A stretch of DNA of 54,828 nt. Source: Nemertoderma westbladi. Lineage: Eukaryota; Animalia; Xenacoelomorpha. The stretch covers positions 1-54,828 of the forward strand of contig JAUCBJ010000386.1 of NCBI GenBank assembly GCA_032718475.1. The letters are read 5' to 3'. The notes under the pieces were generated by a model that made no database searches, had not been told where the DNA came from, and saw only the letters and a list, made by a program, of their open reading frames with translations. Within the stretch, counting starts at the first letter, position 1; every line of letters begins with the position of its first letter. The position numbers were made by a program, and so were the translations under genes. This document shows, in pieces, positions 24,601 to 39,600 of the stretch.

Positions 24601-27600
24601 ATAACTCACATCGCTGAAACGCCCAGTAAACAAATAACTCACATCGCTGAAAACTTCAGTAAACAAATAACTCACATCGCTGAAACGCCCTGTAAACAAA
24701 TAACTCACATCGCTGAAACGCCCAGTAAACAAATAACACACATCGCTGAAACTCCCTGTAAACAAATAACTCACATCTCTGAAACGTTCAGTAAACAAAT
24801 AACTCACATCGCTGAAACCTTCAGTAAACAAATAACTCACATCGCTGAAACGCCCAGTAAACAAATAACTCACATCGCTGAAACGCCGAGTAAACAAATA
24901 ACTCACATCGCTGAAACGCCCAGTAAACAAATAAATCACATCGCTGAAACGCCCTGTAAACAAATAACTCACATCGCTGAAACCTTCAGTAAACAAATAA
25001 CTCACATCGCTGAAACCTTCAGTAAACAAATAACTCACATCGCTGAAACGCCCTGTAAACAAATAACTCACATCGCTGAAACGCCCTGTAAACAAATAAC
25101 TCACATCGCTGAAACGCCGAGTAAACAAATAACTCACATCGCTGAAACCTTCAGTAAACAAATAACTCTCATCGCTGAAACGCCCAGTAAACAAATAACT
25201 CACATCGCTGAAACGCCCAGTAAACAAATAACTCACATCGCTGAATCCTTTAGTAAACAAATAACTCACATCGCTGAAACGCCCTGTAAACAAATAACTC
25301 GCACCGCTGAAACCTTCAGTAAACAAATAACTCTCATCGCTGAAACGCCCAGTAAACAAATAACTCACATCGCTGAAACGCCCTGTAAACAAATAACTCA
25401 CATCGCTGAAACGCCCTGTAAACAAATAACTCACATCGCTGAAACCTTCAGTAAACAAATAACTCACATCGCTGAAACGCCCTGTAAACAAATAACTCAC
25501 ATCGCTGAAACGCCCTGTAAACAAATAACTCACATCGCTGAAACGCCCAGTAAACAAATAACACACATCGCTGAAACGCCCAGTAGACAAATAACTCACA
25601 TCGCTGAAACGCCCAGTAAACAAATAACTCACATCGCTGAAACCTTCAGTAAACAAATAACTCACATCGCTGAAACGCCCTGTAAACAAATAACTCACAT
25701 CGCTGAAACGCCCAGTAAACAAATAACACACATCGCTGAAACTCCCTGTAAACAAATAACTCACATCTCTGAAACGTTCAGTAAACAAATAACTCACATC
25801 GCTGAAACCTTCAGTAAACAAATAACTCACATCGCTGAAACGCCCAGTAAACAAATAACTCGCACCGCTGAAACCTTCAGTAAACAAATAACTCTCATCG
25901 CTGAAACGCCCAGTAAACAAATAACTCACATCGCTGAAACGCCCTGTAAACAAATAACTCACATCGCTGAAACGCCCTGTAAACAAATAACTCACATCGC
26001 TGAAACCTTCAGTAAACAAATAACTCACATCGCTGAAACGCCCTGTAAACAAATAACTCACATCGCTGAAACGCCCTGTAAACAAATAACTCACATCGCT
26101 GAAACGCCCAGTAAACAAATAACACACATCGCTGAAACTCCCTGTAAACAAATAACTCACATCGCTGAAACGTTCAGTAAACAAATAACTCACATCGCTG
26201 AAACCTTCAGTAAACAAATAACTCACATCGCTGAAACGCCCAGTAAACAAATAACACACATCGCTGAAACGCCCAGTAAACAAATAACTCACATCGCTGA
26301 AACGCCCAGTAAACAAATAACTCACATCGCTGAAACCTTCAGTAAACAAATAACTCACATCGCTGAAACGCCCAGTAAACAAATAACTCACATCGCTGAA
26401 ACGCCCTGTAAACAAATAACTCACATCGCTGAAACGCCCAGTAAACAAATAACTAACATCGCTGAAACGCCCAGTAAACAAATAACTCACATCGCTGAAA
26501 CCTTCAGTAAACAAATAACTCACATCGCTGAAACCTTCAGTAAACCAATAACTCACATCGCTGAAACGCCCTGTAAACAAATAACTCACATCGATGAAAC
26601 CTTCAGTAAACAAATAACTCACATCGCTGAAACGCCCTGTAAACAAATAACTCACATCGCTGAAACGCCCTGTAAACAAATAACTCACATCGCTGAAACG
26701 CCCAGTAAACAAATAACACACATCGCTGAAACTCCCTGTAAACAAATAACTCACATCGCTGAAACGTTCAGTAAACAAATAACTCACATCGCTGAAACCT
26801 TCAGTAAACAAATAACTCACATCGCTGAAACGCCCAGTAAACAAATAACACACATCGCTGAAACGCCCAGTAGACAAATAACTCACATCGCTGAAACGCC
26901 CAGTAAACAAATAACTCACATCGCTGAAACCTTCAGTAAACAAATAACTCACATCGCTGAAACGCCCTGTAAACAAATAACTCACATCGCTGAAACGCCC
27001 AGTAAACAAATAACACACATCGCTGAAACTCCCTGTAAACAAATAACTCACATCTCTGAAACGTTCAGTAAACAAATAACTCACATCGCTGAAACCTTCA
27101 GTAAACAAATAACTCACATCGCTGAAACGCCCAGTAAACAAATAACTCACATCGCTGAAACGCCGAGTAAACAAATAACTCACATCGCTGAAACGCCCAG
27201 TAAACAAATAAATCACATCGCTGAAACGCCCTGTAAACAAATAACTCACATCGCTGAAACCTTCAGTAAACAAATAACTCACATCGCTGAAACCTTCAGT
27301 AAACAAATAACTCACATCGCTGAAACGCCCAGTAAACAAATAACACACATCGCTGAAACGCCCAGTAAACAAATAACTCACATCGCTGAAACGCCCAGTA
27401 AACAAATAACTCACATCGCTGAAACCTTCAGTAAACAAATAACTCACATCGCTGAAACGCCCAGTAAACAAATAACTCACATCGCTGAAACGCCCTGTAA
27501 ACAAATAACTCACATCGCTGAAACGCCCAGTAAACAAATAACTAACATCGCTGAAACGCCCAGTAAACAAATAACTCACATCGCTGAAACCTTCAGTAAA

Positions 27601-30600
27601 CAAATAACTCACATCGCTGAAACCTTCAGTAAACAAATAACTCACATCGCTGAAACGCCCTGTAAACAAATAACTCACATCGATGAAACCTTCAGTAAAC
27701 AAATAACTCACATCGCTGAAACGCCCTGTAAACAAATAACTCACATCGCTGAAACGCCCTGTAAACAAATAACTCACATCGCTGAAACGCCCAGTAAACA
27801 AATAACACACATCGCTGAAACTCCCTGTAAACAAATAACTCACATCGCTGAAACGTTCAGTAAACAAATAACTCACATCGCTGAAACCTTCAGTAAACAA
27901 ATAACTCACATCGCTGAAACGGCCAGTAAACAAATAACACACATCGCTGAAACGCCCAATAGACAAATAACTCACATCGCTGAAACGCCCAGTAAACAAA
28001 TAACTCACATCGCTGAAAACTTCAGTAAACAAATAACTCACATCGCTGAAACGCCCTGTAAACAAATAACTCACATCGCTGAAACGCCCAGTAAACAAAT
28101 AACACACATCGCTGAAACTCCCTGTAAACAAATAACTCACATCTCTGAAACGTTCAGTAAACAAATAACTCACATCGCTGAAACCTTCAGTAAACAAATA
28201 ACTCACATCGCTGAAACGCCCAGTAAACAAATAACTCACATCGCTGAAACGCCGAGTAAACAAATAACTCACATCGCTGAAACGCCCAGTAAACAAATAA
28301 ATCACATCGCTGAAACGCCCTGTAAACAAATAACTCACATCGCTGAAACCTTCAGTAAACAAATAACTCACATCGCTGAAACCTTCAGTAAACAAATAAC
28401 TCACATCGCTGAAACGCCCTGTAAACAAATAACTCACATCGCTGAAACGCCCTGTAAACAAATAACTCACATCGCTGAAACGCCGAGTAAACAAATAACT
28501 CACATCGCTGAAACCTTCAGTAAACAAATAACTCTCATCGCTGAAACGCCCAGTAAACAAATAACTCACATCGCTGAAACGCCCAGTAAACAAATAACTC
28601 ACATCGCTGAATCCTTTAGTAAACAAATAACTCACATCGCTGAAACGCCCTGTAAACAAATAACTCGCACCGCTGAAACCTTCAGTAAACAAATAACTCT
28701 CATCGCTGAAACGCCCAGTAAACAAATAACTCACATCGCTGAAACGCCCTGTAAACAAATAACTCACATCGCTGAAACGCCCTGTAAACAAATAACTCAC
28801 ATCGCTGAAACCTTCAGTAAACAAATAACTCACATCGCTGAAACGCCCTGTAAACAAATAACTCACATCGCTGAAACGCCCTGTAAACAAATAACTCACA
28901 TCGCTGAAACGCCCAGTAAACAAATAACACACATCGCTGAAACGCCCAGTAGACAAATAACTCACATCGCTGAAACGCCCAGTAAACAAATAACTCACAT
29001 CGCTGAAACCTTCAGTAAACAAATAACTCACATCGCTGAAACGCCCTGTAAACAAATAACTCACATCGCTGAAACGCCCAGTAAACAAATAACACACATC
29101 GCTGAAACTCCCTGTAAACAAATAACTCACATCTCTGAAACGTTCAGTAAACAAATAACTCACATCGCTGAAACCTTCAGTAAACAAATAACTCACATCG
29201 CTGAAACGCCCAGTAAACAAATAACTCACATCGCTGAAACGCCGAGTAAACAAATAACTCACATCACTGAAACGCCCAGTAAACAAATAAATCACATCGC
29301 TGAAACGCCCTGTAAACAAATAACTCACATCGCTGAAACCTTCAGTAAACAAATAACTCACATCGCTGAAACCTTCAGTAAACAAATAACTCACATCGCT
29401 GAAACGCCCAGTAAACAAATAACACACATCGCTGAAACGCCCAGTAAACAAATAACTCACATCGCTGAAACGCCCAGTAAACAAATAACTCACATCGCTG
29501 AAACCTTCAGTAAACAAATAACTCACATCGCTGAAACGCCCAGTAAACAAATAACTCACATCGCTGAAACGCCCTGTAAACAAATAACTCACATCGCTGA
29601 AACGCCCAGTAAACAAATAACTAACATCGCTGAAACGCCCAGTAAACAAATAACTCACATCGCTGAAACCTTCAGTAAACAAATAACTCACATCGCTGAA
29701 ACCTTCAGTAAACAAATAACTCACATCGCTGAAACGCCCTGTAAACAAATAACTCACATCGATGAAACCTTCAGTAAACAAATAACTCACATCGCTGAAA
29801 CGCCCTGTAAACAAATAACTCACATCGCTGAAACGCCCTGTAAACAAATAACTCACATCGCTGAAACGCCCAGTAAACAAATAACACACATCGCTGAAAC
29901 TCCCTGTAAACAAATAACTCACATCGCTGAAACGTTCAGTAAACAAATAACTCACATCGCTGAAACCTTCAGTAAACAAATAACTCACATCGCTGAAACG
30001 CCCAGTAAACAAATAACACACATCGCTGAAACGCCCAGTAGACAAATAACTCACATCGCTGAAACGCCCAGTAAACAAATAACTCACATCGCTGAAAACT
30101 TCAGTAAACAAATAACTCACATCGCTGAAACGCCCTGTAAACAAATAACTCACATCGCTGAAACGCCCAGTAAACAAATAACACACATCGCTGAAACTCC
30201 CTGTAAACAAATAACTCACATCTCTGAAACGTTCAGTAAACAAATAACTCACATCGCTGAAACCTTCAGTAAACAAATAACTCACATCGCTGAAACGCCC
30301 AGTAAACAAATAACTCACATCGCTGAAACGCCGAGTAAACAAATAACTCACATCGCTGAAACGCCCAGTAAACAAATAAATCACATCGCTGAAACGCCCT
30401 GTAAACAAATAACTCACATCGCTGAAACCTTCAGTAAACAAATAACTCACATCGCTGAAACCTTCAGTAAACAAATAACTCACATCGCTGAAACGCCCTG
30501 TAAACAAATAACTCACATCGCTGAAACGCCCTGTAAACAAATAACTCACATCGCTGAAACGCCGAGTAAACAAATAACTCACATCGCTGAAACCTTCAGT

Positions 30601-33600
30601 AAACAAATAACTCTCATCGCTGAAACGCCCAGTAAACAAATAACTCACATCGCTGAAACGCCCAGTAAACAAATAACTCACATCGCTGAATCCTTTAGTA
30701 AACAAATAACTCACATCGCTGAAACGCCCTGTAAACAAATAACTCGCACCGCTGAAACCTTCAGTAAACAAATAACTCTCATCGCTGAAACGCCCAGTAA
30801 ACAAATAACTCACATCGCTGAAACGCCCTGTAAACAAATAACTCACATCGCTGAAACGCCCTGTAAACAAATAACTCACATCGCTGAAACCTTCAGTAAA
30901 CAAATAACTCACATCGCTGAAACGCCCTGTAAACAAATAACTCACATCGCTGAAACGCCCTGTAAACAAATAACTCACATCGCTGAAACGCCCAGTAAAC
31001 AAATAACACACATCGCTGAAACGCCCAGTAGACAAATAACTCACATCGCTGAAACGCCCAGTAAACAAATAACTCACATCGCTGAAACCTTCAGTAAACA
31101 AATAACTCACATCGCTGAAACGCCCTGTAAACAAATAACTCACATCGCTGAAACGCCCAGTAAACAAATAACACACATCGCTGAAACTCCCTGTAAACAA
31201 ATAACTCACATCTCTGAAACGTTCAGTAAACAAATAACTCACATCGCTCAAACCTTCAGTAAACAAATAACTCACATCGCTGAAACCCCCAGTAAACAAA
31301 TAACTCACATCGCTGAAACGCCGAGTAAACAAATAACTCACATCGCTGAAACGCCCAGTAAACAAATAAATCACATCGCTGAAACGCCCTGTAAACAAAT
31401 AACTCACATCGCTGAAACCTTCAGTAAACAAATAACTCACATCGCTGAAACCTTCAGTAAACAAATAACTCACATCGCTGAAACGCCCAGTAAACAAATA
31501 ACACACATCGCTGAAACGCCCAGTAAACAAATAACTCACATCGCTGAAACGCCCAGTAAACAAATAACTCACATCGCTGAAACCTTCAGTAAACAAATAA
31601 CTCACATCGCTGAAACGCCCAGTAAACAAATAACTCACATCGCTGAAACGCCCTGTAAACAAATAACTCACATCGCTGAAACGCCCAGTAAACAAATAAC
31701 TAACATCGCTGAAACGCCCAGTAAACAAATAACTCACATCGCTGAAACCTTCAGTAAACAAATAACTCACATCGCTGAAACCTTCAGTAAACAAATAACT
31801 CACATCGCTGAAACGCCCTGTAAACAAATAACTCACATCGATGAAACCTTCAGTAAACAAATAACTCACATCGCTGAAACGCCCTGTAAACAAATAACTC
31901 ACATCGCTGAAACGCCCTGTAAACAAATAACTCACATCGCTGAAACGCCCAGTAAACAAATAACACACATCGCTGAAACTCCCTGTAAACAAATAACTCA
32001 CATCGCTGAAACGTTCAGTAAACAAATAACTCACATCGCTGAAACCTTCAGTAAACAAATAACTCACATCGCTGAAACGCCCAGTAAACAAATAACACAC
32101 ATCGCTGAAACGCCCAGTAGACAAATAACTCACATCGCTGAAACGCCCAGTAAACAAATAACTCACATCGCTGAAAACTTCAGTAAACAAATAACTCACA
32201 TCGCTGAAACGCCCTGTAAACAAATAACTCACATCGCTGAAACGCCCAGTAAACAAATAACACACATCGCTGAAACTCCCTGTAAACAAATAACTCACAT
32301 CTCTGAAACGTTCAGTAAACAAATAACTCACATCGCTGAAACCTTCAGTAAACAAATAACTCACATCGCTGAAACGCCCAGTAAACAAATAACTCACATC
32401 GCTGAAACGCCGAGTAAACAAATAACTCACATCGCTGAAACGCCCAGTAAACAAATAAATCACATCGCTGAAACGCCCTGTAAACAAATAACTCACATCG
32501 CTGAAACCTTCAGTAAACAAATAACTCACATCGCTGAAACCTTCAGTAAACAAATAACTCACATCGCTGAAACGCCCTGTAAACAAATAACTCACATCGC
32601 TGAAACGCCCTGTAAACAAATAACTCACATCGCTGAAACGCCGAGTAAACAAATAACTCACATCGCTGAAACCTTCAGTAAACAAATAACTCTCATCGCT
32701 GAAACGCCCAGTAAACAAATAACTCACATCGCTGAAACGCCCAGTAAACAAATAACTCACATCGCTGAATCCTTTAGTAAACAAATAACTCACATCGCTG
32801 AAACGCCCTGTAAACAAATAACTCGCACCGCTGAAACCTTCAGTAAACAAATAACTCTCATCGCTGAAACGCCCAGTAAACAAATAACTCACATCGCTGA
32901 AACGCCCTGTAAACAAATAACTCACATCGCTGAAACGCCCTGTAAACAAATAACTCACATCGCTGAAACCTTCAGTAAACAAATAACTCACATCGCTGAA
33001 ACGCCCTGTAAACAAATAACTCACATCGCTGAAACGCCCTGTAAACAAATAACTCACATCGCTGAAACGCCCAGTAAACAAATAACACACATCGCTGAAA
33101 CTCCCTGTAAACAAATAACTCACATCGCTGAAACGTTCAGTAAACAAATAACTCACATCGCTGAAACCTTCAGTAAACAAATAACTCACATCGCTGAAAC
33201 GCCCAGTAAACAAATAACACACATCGCTGAAACGCCCAGTAAACAAATAACTCACATCGCTGAAACGCCCAGTAAACAAATAACTCACATCGCTGAAACC
33301 TTCAGTAAACAAATAACTCACATCGCTGAAACGCCCTGTAAACAAATAACTCACATCGCTGAAACGCCCAGTAAACAAATAACACACATCGCTGAAACTC
33401 CCTGTAAACAAATAACTCACATCTCTGAAACGTTCAGTAAACAAATAACTCACATCGCTGAAACCTTCAGTAAACAAATAACTCACATCGCTGAAACGCC
33501 CAGTAAACAAATAACTCACATCGCTGAAACGCCGAGTAAACAAATAACTCACATCGCTGAAACGCCCAGTAAACAAATAAATCACATCGCTGAAACGCCC

Positions 33601-36600
33601 TGTAAACAAATAACTCACATCGCTGAAACCTTCAGTAAACAAATAACTCACATCGCTGAAACGCCCAGTAAACAAATAACACACATCGCTGAAACTCCCT
33701 GTAAACAAATAACTCACATCGCTGAAACCTTCAGTAAACAAATAACTCACATCGCTGAAACGCCCAGTAAACAAATAACTCACATCGCTGAAACCTTCAG
33801 TAAACAAATAACTCACATCGCTGAAACGCCCAGTAAACAAATAACTCACATCGCTGAAACCTTCAGTAAACAAATAACTCACATCGCTGAAACGCCCTGT
33901 AAACAAATAACTCACATCGCTGAAACGCCCAGTAAACAAATAACTCACATCGCTAAAACCTTCAGTAAACAAATAACTCATATCACTGAAACCTCCAGGA
34001 AACAAATAACTCATATCGCTGAAACTCTCAGAAAACAAATAACTCACATCGCTGAAACACCCAGTAAACAAATAACTCACATCGCTGAAACCTTCAGTAA
34101 ACAAATAACTCACATCGCTGAAACGCCCAGTAAACAAATAACTCACATCGCTGAATCCTTCAGTAAACAAATAACTCACATCGCTGAAACGCCCAGTAAA
34201 CAAATAACTCACATCGCTGAAACCTTCAGTAAACAAATAACTCACATCGCTGAAACGCCCAGTAAACAAATGACTCACATCGCTGAAACATTCAGTAAAC
34301 AAATAACTCACATCGCTGAAACGCCCAGTAAACAAATAACTCACATCGCTGAAACCTTCAGTAAACAAATAACTCACATCGCTGAAACGCCCAGTAAACA
34401 AATAACTCACATCGCTGAAACCTTCAGTAAACAAATAACTCACATCGCTGAAACCTTCAGTAAACAAATAACTCACATTGTTGAAACGCCCAGTAAACAA
34501 ATAACTCACATCGCTGAAACGCCCAGTAAACAAATAACTCACATCACTGAAACCTTCAGTAAACAAATAACTCACATCGCTGAAACCTTCAGTAAACAAA
34601 TAACTCACATCGCTGAAACCTTCAGTAAACAAATAACTCACATCGTTGAAACCTTCAGTAAACAAATAACTCATATCGCTGAAACGCCCAGTAAACAAAT
34701 AACTCACATCGCTGAAACGCCCAGTAAACAAATAACTCACATCGCTGAAACCTTCAGTAAACAAATAACTCACATCGCTGAAACGCCCAGTAAATAAATA
34801 ACTCACATCGCTGAAACGCCGAGTAAACAAATAACTCACATCGCTGAAACGCCCAGTAAACAAATAACTCACATCGCTGAAACCTTCAGTAAACAAATAA
34901 CTCACATCGCTGAAACGCCAAGTAAACAAATAACTCACATCGCTGAAACCTTCAGTAAACAAATAACTCACATCGCTGAAACCTTCAGTAAACAAACAAC
35001 TCACATCGCTGAAACCTTCAGTAAACAAATAACTCACATCGCTGAAACGCCCAGTAAACAAATAACTCACATCGCTGAAACCTTCAGTAAACAAATAACT
35101 CACATCGCTGAAACGCCCAGTAAACAAATAACTCACATCGCTGAAACGCCCAGTAAACAAATAACACACATCGCTGAAACGCCCAGTAAACAAATAACTC
35201 ACATCTCTGAAACGTTCAGTAAACAAATAACTCACATCGCTGAAACCTTCAGTAAACAAATAACTCACATCGCTGAAACGCCCAGTAAACAAATAACACA
35301 CATCGCTGAAACTCCCTGTAAACAAATAACTCACATCGCTGAAACGTTCAGTAAACAAATAACTCACATCGCTGAAACCTTCAGTAAACAAATAACTCAC
35401 ATCGCTGAAACGCCCAGTAAACAAATAACACACATCGCTGAAACGCCCAGTAAACAAATAACACACATCGCTGAAACTCCCTGTAAACAAATAACTCACA
35501 TCGCTGAAACGTTCAGTAAACAAATAACTCACATCGCTGAAACCTTCAGTAAACAAATAACTCACATCGCTGAAACGCCCAGTAAACAAATAACACACAT
35601 CGCTGAAACGCCCAGTAAACAAATAACTCACATCGCTGAAACGCCCAGTAAACAAATAACTCACATCGCTGAAACCTTCAGTAAACAAATAACTCACATC
35701 GCTGAAACGCCCTGTAAACAAATAACTCACATCGCTGAAACGCCCAGTAAACAAATAACACACATCGCTGAAACTCCCTGTAAACAAATAACTCACATCT
35801 CTGAAACGTTCAGTAAACAAATAACTCACATCGCTGAAACCTTCAGTAAACAAATAACTCACATCGCTGAAACGCCCAGTAAACAAATAACTCACATCGC
35901 TGAAACGCCGAGTAAACAAATAACTCACATCGCTGAAACGCCCAGTAAACAAATAAATCACATCGCTGAAACGCCCTGTAAACAAATAACTCACATCGCT
36001 GAAACCTTCAGTAAACAAATAACTCACATCGCTGAAACGCCCAGTAAACAAATAACACACATCGCTGAAACTCCCTGTAAACAAATAACTCACATCGCTG
36101 AAACCTTCAGTAAACAAATAACTCACATCGCTGAAACGCCCTGTAAACAAATAACTCACATCGCTGAAACGCCCAGTAAACAAATAACTCACATCGCTAA
36201 AACCTTCAGTAAACAAATAACTCATATCACTGAAACCTCCAGGAAACAAATAACTCATATCGCTGAAACTCTCAGAAAACAAATAACTCACATCGCTGAA
36301 ACACCCAGTAAACAAATAACTCACATCGCTGAAACCTTCAGTAAACAAATAACTCACATCGCTGAAACGCCCAGTAAACAAATAACTCACATCGCTGAAT
36401 CCTTCAGTAAACAAATAACTCACATCGCTGAAACGCCCAGTAAACAAATAACTCACATCGCTGAAACCTTCAGTAAACAAATAACTCACATCGCTGAAAC
36501 GCCCAGTAAACAAATGACTCACATCGCTGAAACATTCAGTAAACAAATAACTCACATCGCTGAAACGCCCAGTAAACAAATAACTCACATCGCTGAAACC

Positions 36601-39600
36601 TTCAGTAAACAAATAACTCACATCGCTGAAACGCCCAGTAAACAAATAACTCACATCGCTGAAACCTTCAGTAAACAAATAACTCACATCGCTGAAACCT
36701 TCAGTAAACAAATAACTCACATCGTTGAAACGCCCAGTAAACAAATAACTCACATCGCTGAAACGCCCAGTAAACAAATAACTCACATCACTGAAACCTT
36801 CAGTAAACAAATAACTCACATCGCTGAAACCTTCAGTAAACAAATAACTCACATCGCTGAAACCTTCAGTAAACAAATAACTCACATCGTTGAAACCTTC
36901 AGTAAACAAATAACTCATATCGCTGAAACGCCCAGTAAACAAATAACTCACATCGCTGAAACGCCCAGTAAACAAATAACTCACATCGCTGAAACCTTCA
37001 GTAAACAAATAACTCACATCGCTAAAACGCCCAGTAAATAAATAACTCACATCGCTGAAACGCCGAGTAAACAAATAACTCACATCGCTGAAACGCCCAG
37101 TAAACAAATAACTCACATCGCTGAAACCTTCAGTAAACAAATAACTCACATCGCTGAAACGCCAAGTAAACAAATAACTCACATCGCTGAAACCTTCAGT
37201 AAACAAATAACTCACATCGCTGAAACCTTCAGTAAACAAACAACTCACATCGCTGAAACCTTCAGTAAACAAATAACTCACATCGCTGAAACGCCCAGTA
37301 AACAAATAACTCACATCGCTGAAACCTTCAGTAAACAAATAACTCACATCGCTGAAACGCCCAGTAAACAAATAACTCACATCGCTGAAACGCCCAGTAA
37401 ACAAATAACACACATCGCTGAAACGCCCAGTAAACAAATAACTCACATCTCTGAAACGTTCAGTAAACAAATAACTCACATCGCTGAAACCTTCAGTAAA
37501 CAAATAACTCACATCGCTGAAACGCCCAGTAAACAAATAACACACATCGCTGAAACTCCCTGTAAACAAATAACTCACATCGCTGAAACGTTCAGTAAAC
37601 AAATAACTCACATCGCTGAAACCTTCAGTAAACAAATAACTCACATCGCTGAAACGCCCAGTAAACAAATAACACACATCGCTGAAACGCCCAGTAAACA
37701 AATAACTCACATCGCTGAAACGCCCAGTAAACAAATAACTCACATCGCTGAAACCTTCAGTAAACAAATAACTCACATCGCTGAAACGCCCTGTAAACAA
37801 ATAACTCACATCGCTGAAACGCCCAGTAAACAAATAACACACATCGCTGAAACTCCCTGTAAACAAATAACTCACATCTCTGAAACGTTCAGTAAACAAA
37901 TAACTCACATCGCTGAAACCTTCAGTAAACAAATAACTCACATCGCTGAAACGCCCAGTAAACAAATAACTCACATCGCTGAAACGCCGAGTAAACAAAT
38001 AACTCACATCGCTGAAACGCCCAGTAAACAAATAACACACATCGCTGAAACGCCCAGTAAACAAATAACTCACATCTCTGAAACGTTCAGTAAACAAATA
38101 AGTCACATCGCTGAAACCTTCAGTAAACAAATAACTCACATCGCTGAAACGCCCAGTAAACAAATAACACACATCGCTGAAACGCCCAGTAAACAAATAA
38201 CACACATCGCTGAAACTCCCTGTAAACAAATAACTCACATCGCTGAAACGTTCAGTAAACAAATAACTCACATCGCTGAAACCTTCAGTAAACAAATAAC
38301 TCACATCGCTGAAACGCCCAGTAAACAAATAACACACATCGCTGAAACGCCCAGTAAACAAATAACTCACATCGCTGAAACGCCCAGTAAACAAATAACT
38401 CACATCGCTGAAACCTTCAGTAAACAAATAACTCACATCGCTGAAACGCCCTGTAAACAAATAACTCACATCGCTGAAACGCCCAGTAAACAAATAACAC
38501 ACATCGCTGAAACTCCCTGTAAACAAATAACTCACATCTCTGAAACGTTCAGTAAACAAATAACTCACATCGCTGAAACCTTCAGTAAACAAATAACTCA
38601 CATCGCTGAAACGCCCAGTAAACAAATAACTCACATCGCTGAAACGCCGAGTAAACAAATAACTCACATCGCTGAAACGCCCAGTAAACAAATAAATCAC
38701 ATCGCTGAAACGCCCTGTAAACAAATAACTCACATCGCTGAAACCTTCAGTAAACAAATAACTCACATCGCTGAAACGCCCAGTAAACAAATAACACACA
38801 TCGCTGAAACTCCCTGTAAACAAATAACTCACATCGCTGAAACCTTCAGTAAACAAATAACTCACATCGCTGAAACGCCCAGTAAACAAATAACTCACAT
38901 CGCTGAAACCTTCAGTAAACAAATAACTCACATCGCTGAAACGCCCTGTAAACAAATAACTCACATCGCTGAAACGCCCAGTAAACAAATAACTCACATC
39001 GCTAAAACCTTCAGTAAACAAATAACTCATATCACTGAAACCTCCAGGAAACAAATAACTCATATCGCTGAAACTCTCAGAAAACAAATAACTCACATCG
39101 CTGAAACACCCAGTAAACAAATAACTCACATCGCTGAAACCTTCAGTAAACAAATAACTCACATCGCTGAAACGCCCAGTAAACAAATAACTCACATCGC
39201 TGAATCCTTCAGTAAACAAATAACTCACATCGCTGAAACGCCCAGTAAACAAATAACTCACATCGCTGAAACCTTCAGTAAACAAACAACTCACATCGCT
39301 GAAACGCCCAGTAAACAAATGACTCACATCGCTGAAACATTCAGTAAACAAATAACTCACATCGCTGAAACGCCCAGTAAACAAATAACTCACATCGCTG
39401 AAACCTTCAGTAAACAAATAACTCACATCGCTGAAACGCCCAGTAAACAAATAACTCACATCGCTGAAACCTTCAGTAAACAAATAACTCACATCGCTGA
39501 AACCTTCAGTAAACAAATAACTCACATCGTTGAAACGCCCAGTAAACAAATAACTCACATCGCTGAAACGCCCAGTAAACAAATAACTCACATCGCTGAA